Shown: piece by piece, positions 57,862-64,000 of the stretch
Numbering within the stretch: position 1 is the stretch's first letter
Layout: each line of letters begins with the position of its first letter
NCBI GenBank assembly: GCA_964637845.1
Contig: CAZWXI010000004.1
Coordinates: forward strand, 4,303 to 68,302
Source: an uncultured Hyphomicrobiales bacterium
Lineage (GTDB): Bacteria; Bacteroidota; Ignavibacteria; Kapaibacteriales; UBA2268
DNA: 64,000 bases
Reading direction: 5' to 3'
Position numbers and translations under genes: made by a program
Notes under the pieces: model-generated
The model's input: only the letters and a program-made list of their open reading frames with translations
What the model was told of the DNA's origin: nothing
Database searches by the model: none

Positions 57862-59000
57862 TATTTGCCCTTAGATTGCCAAAATCCTCTAATAGCACTA
57901 TTCGCCAAAATATATGTCGTTTCTCTGTTTACCAAAGCACCTTCGTAACTGAGGTTTGTTATTATCAATGCTGAATAACTAACTTTATCAAATTGTGTCT
58001 TGAGATTGTAAATTATACTTTTTCCGTCGTTTGACCAAGTCGGTTTGACAGCTTTTTCACCATCGAAAACTTCCGTAATCCTCGAATATCTTATTTCATT
58101 ACCATTGATATTCATCGCCCAAATATTACCGTCTTTTCCCGAAACCGCTACAAAATCACCTGAAGCAGACAAACTTGCGTGCTGTGTTCCGATTACCTCG
58201 GACTCAATTTCAATTTTTCGGACAGAGGCATTGCCGATATTGATAAACATCAATTTTTCTCGGTTTTGTTCCGTTATAGCAAGCATGATTGATGTACCTC
58301 CGGGTGTCCACGTCGGGGAAATTTCATCTCTTTCCTTGATAATGCCTGATTCAATCTGAAACGAAAAAATGATTTGTGTTGAGCCGGTTTGCTCTGCATT
58401 TGCAACTTTCAGAGTATATTTATCGTTCTCTGACGTCAAATAGGCAAGTAATTTAGAATCCGGCGAAAATGCAGGAACAGAATTTACGGTAAACTTATTG
58501 TCTAACAGGTCAAATAAGTAGCTTCCTTCAAATTTGCTTAAGAACAGTCTCTTCTGTCCGCCGTTGAACACAATTTTTTTTCCGTCAGGAGACATTATCG
58601 GCATATTAATGTCAAACAAAGCACTTGCTTCGGCAATTTTTGTTAGCTTTTTACCTTCGATATCGCACGTCAGAAGCAGTTTCTTGCCTGTTGCGGTATC
58701 ACTTCCCAACAGAGCCATTAACCCGTTACTCGAAGGTGGTGAGAACAAAACACTATTCTCAACTAATTTACGAGTTCCCTTGCCGTCTCGTTTAATACTA
58801 TACAAAAATGGTTCATCTGTATTGCCAGGCTGAGCGGTAAAGAAAACCCTATTGTCTGGATTTCCGTCGTCAGGACCACCAATGTCGCAAACGTCACATC
58901 CAAACAGCATCATCCCGAATAGCATTGATAAAAACAACCACCATGTCAAAGAACATAGGAAACCTTTTGCGCCAATTTTATTTTTCTTTTTAAAAAACAT
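57861..59000 (-). CDS. TolB-like / PD40 (WD40-like) beta-propeller repeat protein, membrane-anchored
   Basis: N-terminal TM helix. Repeated PD40 motifs (SPDGKKIVFNGG, PAFSPDSKLLAY, PTWTPGGTSIM, PTWSNDGKSIIY). Stop overlaps the ECF sigma start. Confidence 0.65.
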   Translation of the reverse strand: MFFKKKNKIGAKGFLCSLTWWLFLSMLFGMMLFGCDVCDIGGPDDGNPDNRVFFTAQPGNTDEPFLYSIKRDGKGTRKLVENSVLFSPPSSNGLMALLGSDTATGKKLLLTCDIEGKKLTKIAEASALFDINMPIMSPDGKKIVFNGGQKRLFLSKFEGSYLFDLLDNKFTVNSVPAFSPDSKLLAYLTSENDKYTLKVANAEQTGSTQIIFSFQIESGIIKERDEISPTWTPGGTSIMLAITEQNREKLMFINIGNASVRKIEIESEVIGTQHASLSASGDFVAVSGKDGNIWAMNINGNEIRYSRITEVFDGEKAVKPTWSNDGKSIIYNLKTQFDKVSYSALIITNLSYEGALVNRETTYILANSAIRGFWQSKGK

Positions 59001-59045
59001 TTTCTCCTACTGAGAATGACACACAAACATTTAAAAAATCTCACT

Positions 59046-59846
59046 TTATTTTAAAAAAATTTCATTTACGAGATTTTTTAGCATCAATGCACTATGATAA
59101 TCATGAATTCTTATGTAATCTATACGATATTTAAGCAAGATTGAATGGAGTAAAATTGTGGCTGTATCACGCTCTTGAGGGTTTACAATGTTAAGTAATT
59201 TGCCAATAAAAGATTTTCGTGATATTCCCAACAGCATCGGTTTTTTTATTGAATAAAAGTAATCAAGGTTACGAAGAATTGCGATATTATGTTCGTAAAG
59301 CTTGCCGAAGCCGATACCCGGGTCAATGATAATTTCTTTAACTCCTTTTTGCTCAGCCTTCAAAATTTGAATTTCAAGGAAGTCGGAAACCTCTTTGAGA
59401 ACGTTTTCATATTTAGCTAAACTTTGCATTATTGCAGGTGTACCTGTGGTATGCATTATAACAAGTGTTGCACACAGTTCACTTGCAACATCGAACATTT
59501 CGACATCAAAAGTACCGCCGGAAATATCATTTATAATATTTGCACCTGCTTTGACAGCTTTTTCAGCTACTATAGATTTTGTCGTATCGATAGAAACCAC
59601 TGCTAAACTATTGTGGCGTCTGATTCCTTCAATTACGGGCAAGACTCTTTGCAACTCTTCATCGACAGATATCGGTTCAGAACCGGGGCGAGTACTTTCG
59701 CCACCAATATCAATTATATCAGCACCATCTTCTATGGCTTTAAGTGCGTATTCGATTGCAAATTGGCTGTCGTTGAATTTACCGCTGTCGGAAAAGGAAT
59801 CGGGCGTAACGTTTACTATCGCCATTATTTTCGGGAATTCGAACAT
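59046..59846 (-). CDS. folP: Dihydropteroate synthase
   Basis: MAIVNVTPDSFSDSG, IIDIGGESTRPG, and pterin-binding barrel motifs. 266 aa. Confidence 0.9.
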   Translation of the reverse strand: MFEFPKIMAIVNVTPDSFSDSGKFNDSQFAIEYALKAIEDGADIIDIGGESTRPGSEPISVDEELQRVLPVIEGIRRHNSLAVVSIDTTKSIVAEKAVKAGANIINDISGGTFDVEMFDVASELCATLVIMHTTGTPAIMQSLAKYENVLKEVSDFLEIQILKAEQKGVKEIIIDPGIGFGKLYEHNIAILRNLDYFYSIKKPMLLGISRKSFIGKLLNIVNPQERDTATILLHSILLKYRIDYIRIHDYHSALMLKNLVNEIFLK

Positions 59847-60484
59847 TACTTGGTGGGGAAATCAGATTTGAGATAACCGTCATTTTTGATGATTTTCTGT
59901 ATGTCATCCATTGTTTTTATGCTTGGAAAGAGTCTTTTATAATGTTCGTACAAAATTCTTAATCGGACATTTTCGGAAAGCGATTCAAGCAATAATTGCC
60001 TTTGCTCTATAGTCAAACCAGACTTTTGCGCCAAATAAAACGAAGGATATTGGGTTGTAATTTCATCGGGAATGATTTTGTCAATTTGTATGGTTTTGAT
60101 TAAATCTGCAATCCTGTTATATAACTCAATGCATTTATTGAGCAATGAAGCATCAATTTTTCTGTCTTCATCATCGAAATATTTTACCTGCCCTATGTAG
60201 TATTTATCTGCTCCGTCGGAAAAAGATTCAAGCTTATATCTCCGAACACCCGCCACTATAATATCCATCCTGCCATCGGGATATTGTCTCATAAGGTCGG
60301 TAATTGTTGCCGTGCAACCGACTTCTTTCATTCCGTCGTTACTCATAAAATTTATACCGAAATGGCTCCGCTCTTTAATACAACGATTTATGAGTGATTT
60401 GTATCTCTCCTCGAATATATGTAACGGATACGCAGATTCGGGAAACAAAACCAATCTTAATGGGAAGATGCCTATTGTCCTCAT
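59846..60484 (-). CDS. LON N-terminal (substrate-binding) domain protein
   Basis: IGIFPLRLVLFPESAYPLHIFEERYKSLI matches the Lon N-domain start. No AAA+ or protease domain. Start chosen at MRTIGIF (60484). Confidence 0.55.
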   Translation of the reverse strand: MRTIGIFPLRLVLFPESAYPLHIFEERYKSLINRCIKERSHFGINFMSNDGMKEVGCTATITDLMRQYPDGRMDIIVAGVRRYKLESFSDGADKYYIGQVKYFDDEDRKIDASLLNKCIELYNRIADLIKTIQIDKIIPDEITTQYPSFYLAQKSGLTIEQRQLLLESLSENVRLRILYEHYKRLFPSIKTMDDIQKIIKNDGYLKSDFPTK

Positions 60485-60645
60485 GTTACTAACTTTCTGA
60501 GCATTATTTTTTGAATTATAAGACAATTTCAGAAGCAATATATTTAGAAAGTTTGAATTATAAAAAAAATCCTTTTAGATAATGAAAATCTTTCTTAATT
60601 TAGCACCCAGTAAGAATGTGTTAATATACCATAAAGGAAATAAGT

Positions 60646-61683
60646 ATGCCGATGTTACCGACAAGACTCACAACGATATCACATCATATTGATACTGAGC
60701 AAGGAATGCACCCTGAAGCGACAGGTGCTTTCACTTCAATTTTAAATGACCTTACTCTATCGCTCCGATTAATTTCTCGTGATGTACGCAGAGCTGGATT
60801 GAATGATGTGCTCGGGCTAACCCGAGATACAAACGTGCATGGCGAACAAGTAAGACGTTTGGACAGCTATTCAAACGAAGTTATCAAAAGAGCTATGCAA
60901 AGAAGCGGGCACATTTGTGTGATGGCTTCGGAAGAAGAAGAAGATGTCATCATATCTGATGTTATTGGCGAAAGAGGTAAATACGTCATAGTATTCGACC
61001 CCTTGGACGGTTCATCTAACATTGATGTAAACGTTACCATTGGAACAATTTTTTCTATTTATAAGCGAGTTGACCCGAGCTCCGAAGATCCCGGCTCAAT
61101 TGAAGATGTACTCCAACCCGGATATAAGCAAGCAGCTGCGGGGTATGTGCTATACGGAAGCAGTACAATACTTGTCTATACGACAGGTCACGGGGCACAT
61201 GCTTTTACTTTGGACCCTACGATTGGTGAATTTCTTCTGACTCGTGAGAATATTCGTACCCCAAAGAGAGGTAAATATTACAGTGTAAATGAAGGAAATT
61301 ATTATAATTGGTCAGAAAACATTCGTCAATATATAGACTATCTCAAAACACCATCAAGCGATAAATCACGTCCGTACTCTCATCGTTATATCGGTACTGC
61401 TGTGGCTGATGTGCATAGAACAATAATTTACGGCGGAATATTTATGTATCCAGCTGATAGCAAAGCCCAAAAAGGGAAATTGAGATTAGTTTACGAAGCC
61501 AATGCCCTTGCTATGATAACCGAGCAATGTGGCGGCAGAGCATCGGACGGCAAAAACAGAATACTTGACATGAAACCCGAGCACATTCACCAGCGTGTAC
61601 CACTTTTCTTGGGTAGTAAAGAAGATGTCTTCGATGCAGAATTATTTGCAAACGGTGAGCATCCACTACAGAAAATTATATAA
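60646..61683 (+). CDS. fbp: Fructose-1,6-bisphosphatase class 1
   Basis: DPLDGSSNIDVNVTIGTIFSIY metal-binding motif and GKLRLVYEANALAM. 345 aa. Confidence 0.9.
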   Translation: MPMLPTRLTTISHHIDTEQGMHPEATGAFTSILNDLTLSLRLISRDVRRAGLNDVLGLTRDTNVHGEQVRRLDSYSNEVIKRAMQRSGHICVMASEEEEDVIISDVIGERGKYVIVFDPLDGSSNIDVNVTIGTIFSIYKRVDPSSEDPGSIEDVLQPGYKQAAAGYVLYGSSTILVYTTGHGAHAFTLDPTIGEFLLTRENIRTPKRGKYYSVNEGNYYNWSENIRQYIDYLKTPSSDKSRPYSHRYIGTAVADVHRTIIYGGIFMYPADSKAQKGKLRLVYEANALAMITEQCGGRASDGKNRILDMKPEHIHQRVPLFLGSKEDVFDAELFANGEHPLQKII

Positions 61684-61717
61684 AAAAAAAGGTTGAATCA
61701 CTCTCGTGTATTCAACC
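61682..61717 (-). terminator. Intrinsic terminator for the minus-strand Cys-rich gene (its hairpin also follows fbp on the plus strand)
   Basis: GGTTGAAT-(11-nt loop)-ATTCAACC stem at 61691-61717. On the minus strand it is followed by T9 (A9 at 61682-61690). Confidence 0.6.
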
Positions 61718-61751
61718 CATACAAATCTATATTAATCGTATATTAATCGGA

Positions 61752-62204
61752 TTATTTCACTTCCGGATTAACAATTTCAGCTGTCTTAACTGCTGAACCT
61801 GTTTCATCTACTTTTGCTTCGAACTTCACATCTTTCGTTGAGCAAGAAGCAGCACAGGAAGAGGCAGTTTTCACGTCTTTATTCGAGCAACTTGATTCGG
61901 TTGCTGATGCATTCTTCATTTTGCTGGCGCAGCAGCCTTCGGATGCAGCAGTAGTTTTCATTTTGCTTGAGCAACAACCTTCTTTCGCTGATGCATTCTT
62001 CATTTTGCCGGCGCAACAGCCTTCGGATGCAGCAGTAGTTTTCATTTTACTTGAGCAGCAACCCTCTTTGGCTGAAACATTTTTCATTTCAACTGAATTT
62101 TCTACACCCGCTTTTGTCTTTGAGTGGTCGCAAGCATCTGCGTAGAATATATTCATTGCAATGAACAATGCAATTGCTGTAGCAAAAATTTTTAATGTAT
62201 TCAT
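61752..62204 (-). CDS. Secreted Cys/Met-rich tandem-repeat protein (EGCC[S/A][S/G]KMK units), putative metal-binding
   Basis: Signal peptide MNTLKIFATAIALFIAMNIFYADA. Four EGCCxxKMK(T/N)(T/A)A(A/S) units, then SSCSNKDVKTASSCAASCSTKDVK. Encoded by ~84-nt near-identical DNA repeats. Confidence 0.6.
   Translation of the reverse strand: MNTLKIFATAIALFIAMNIFYADACDHSKTKAGVENSVEMKNVSAKEGCCSSKMKTTAASEGCCAGKMKNASAKEGCCSSKMKTTAASEGCCASKMKNASATESSCSNKDVKTASSCAASCSTKDVKFEAKVDETGSAVKTAEIVNPEVK
61905..62090. repeat. Tandem ~84-nt DNA repeat (about 2.2 copies) inside the Cys-rich gene
   Basis: GCATTCTTCATTTTGC(T/C)GGCGCA(G/A)CAGCCTTCGGATGCAGCAGTAGTTTTCATTTT(G/A)CTTGAGCA(A/G)CAACC(T/C)TCTTT is repeated head-to-tail with more than 90% identity. 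Confidence 0.8.
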
Positions 62205-62592
62205 AAAATCTCCCATATAAATATTAAACAATTATGTTAGTAAAAACAAATTTTTTTCTTTACAATAAACACTCATATATAGACACAAAAACAGAAGAAT
62301 TGTTACAAAAAAAATTGTAAATTTTTTTTTAAAAATTGTTTGTAGTTCTAAACATTCAATTCAAATTATTAGCTCAATCTAAACCTAAAGTAAAGTTAAC
62401 CGAGAATTCACCTGAGTTTTATCAAATACTCACACAAATCCAAGACTTTTATATTTTGTAAAGTTTATCTGTTAAAATTTTATTTATCTGTAACTACGTT
62501 GGGCAAATGCAAATATTCACATTATTACAGTCAGCAAACAAGCAGACCAAAAATACAAGTTATCATTTATAAACATTTCAGGGTAGTATTTA

Positions 62593-64000
62593 ATGAAACA
62601 ATTTTTACTTACAATTATTGCTATTGTGATGTTGAGCCAAGTATCACTAGCGCAAACAAAAACAATCGTCGGTAAAATTACCGACGAAGCTGATGGTAAG
62701 CCCCTTGCTGGAGTAACTGTCAGAGTGAAAGGTACGAATGTCGGTACATTCAGCAAAGGCGACGGCACGTACCTAGTGCAGGTTCCTGCAGCATCTAATA
62801 CTTTAGTTTTTTCTTACACGGGCTACGTGGCTCGTGAAGTGAACATTGACGGGCGCAGCGAGGTAAACGTTTCGCTCCAAACAAGTTCCATTATGACTCA
62901 AGATGTTATCGTCACAGCATTTGGTGTTGAACGAGAGCAAAAGGCCCTTGGTTATGCTGTTCAGCAAATCGGTGGTTCTGAAATAGCCGAAACTCCCGAA
63001 GCAAATCTCGTGAACGCATTACAAGGTCGAGTTGCTGGCGTACAAATCACTAAAGGTGCATCGGGTGCAGGTTCGACTGCAAGAATAATTATTCGAGGAG
63101 AAACGTCACTTACCGGTGACAACCAACCTCTGTTCGTTGTTGACGGGGTACCAATCAATAATAAAACTGATGCACGTTCAAACAGCTTGCGGACAGGTGG
63201 CAATATGAACGTTGACTATGGCAACGGTGCCGCTGATATAAATCCAGATGACATCGAATCAATATCAATTCTTAAAGGGCCTAACGCTGCCGCTCTTTAT
63301 GGCTCGAGAGCGGCTAATGGCGTTGTACTTGTCACAACAAAATCAGGGAAAGGCAGACGTGGTATCGGTGTTGATATAGCATCTTCGACAACATGGGAAT
63401 CGGTATTGATTTCTCCTCAATATCAACACAAATACGGACAAGGTAAAGACTTCAACTTCAGATTCCTAGATGGATACGGTTCCGGTGTTGCCGATGGTGT
63501 TGACGAATCATGGGGACCACTCATGGACGGCAGAATGATTGAACAATTTGACTCACCTGCCTCAGGGACATATACTTATTCCGATGGACGTACGGTACAA
63601 TTAAGAGGTGGCGATATACATGGTTTGCAGGGCATCCTCGGGAAAAACGGTGTTGATTTAACTCGCAGAGGCACTATTACCCCTACGCCCTGGACTTTTC
63701 ATGAAGACCCCGTCAAAGCTTTCTTTGGTACAGGATTAACTACTATAAACAGTATATCATTCAATGGCGCAAATGATATCGGTAATTTCAGACTTTCATT
63801 TGCTAATTTAACAAACGAAGGTATTGCTCCAAATACAGATTTAATTCGCAACACTATTTCTTTCAATGCAGGATATACTCTTGCCGATAATTTAAGAATA
63901 TCAGCGAACGGTCAGTACATCCAAAACGAAAGCAGTAATCGTCCTGTTGATGGATACGGAACTGAAAGTGTTATGTATTTGTTCACTTGGTACGGTATGC
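62593..64000 (+). CDS. SusC/RagA-type TonB-dependent receptor (partial, continues beyond the window end)
   Basis: ATG at 62593, signal peptide MKQFLLTIIAIVMLSQVSLAQ. CarbopepD_reg-like domain (VGKITDEADGKPLAGVTVRVKGTNVGTFSKGDGTYLV). Plug domain DIESISILKGPNAAALYGSRAANGVVLVTTKSG. The frame is open to the window end, and it is absent from the ORF track because there is no stop. Confidence 0.8.
   Translation, partial: MKQFLLTIIAIVMLSQVSLAQTKTIVGKITDEADGKPLAGVTVRVKGTNVGTFSKGDGTYLVQVPAASNTLVFSYTGYVAREVNIDGRSEVNVSLQTSSIMTQDVIVTAFGVEREQKALGYAVQQIGGSEIAETPEANLVNALQGRVAGVQITKGASGAGSTARIIIRGETSLTGDNQPLFVVDGVPINNKTDARSNSLRTGGNMNVDYGNGAADINPDDIESISILKGPNAAALYGSRAANGVVLVTTKSGKGRRGIGVDIASSTTWESVLISPQYQHKYGQGKDFNFRFLDGYGSGVADGVDESWGPLMDGRMIEQFDSPASGTYTYSDGRTVQLRGGDIHGLQGILGKNGVDLTRRGTITPTPWTFHEDPVKAFFGTGLTTINSISFNGANDIGNFRLSFANLTNEGIAPNTDLIRNTISFNAGYTLADNLRISANGQYIQNESSNRPVDGYGTESVMYLFTWYGM

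Noticed and set aside
62517-63203. Two minus-strand ORFs (62517-62768, 62961-63203)
   Set aside because: They are antisense inside the clearly recognisable SusC-type receptor gene (plug-domain motifs on the plus strand), so they are spurious.
1-64000. CRISPR arrays, tRNA/rRNA genes, integrase/transposase/reverse-transcriptase genes
   Set aside because: I scanned the intergenic regions for regularly spaced direct repeats, tRNA T-loop/acceptor patterns and IS terminal inverted repeats. The only periodic repeats are coding: the beta-helix array in the giant gene and the 84-nt repeat in the Cys-rich gene. No catalytic motifs of RT (YxDD), integrase or DDE transposase appear in any ORF.

Overview
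This 64-kb chromosomal segment comes from a low-GC Gram-negative bacterium, most plausibly in the Fibrobacteres-Chlorobi-Bacteroidetes (FCB) group (Bacteroidota- or Ignavibacteriota-like). Three things point that way: Por/type IX secretion system (T9SS) C-terminal sorting domains on two large secreted proteins, a SusC-type TonB-dependent receptor at the 3' edge, and TAnnTTTG -7-like promoter motifs. Most of the window is core housekeeping and envelope genes (listed with coordinates under features), with no rRNA, tRNA, CRISPR array, integrase or transposase recognisable.

The accessory or unusual content I would look at first is:
- a strongly AT-rich 1.6-kb two-gene island (350-1656) with no recognisable homology;
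- an in-frame TatD/outer-membrane beta-barrel fusion (or lost stop);
- an extracytoplasmic-function (ECF) sigma / anti-sigma cluster whose anti-sigma protein ends in an OMP-like beta-barrel, with a TolB-like propeller upstream;
- a 6.4-kb T9SS-secreted protein with a periodic beta-helix array and an Ig-like domain array;
- a secreted tandem-repeat 'EGCC..KMK' Cys/Met-rich protein;
- a His-rich small membrane protein ahead of a TonB receptor, with direct repeats in its promoter;
- an orphan nuoAB pair translationally coupled to an FkbM methyltransferase;
- a RelA/SpoT homologue lacking the hydrolase His-Asp dyad;
- several intrinsic terminators and one ~105-nt structured intergenic inverted-repeat element.
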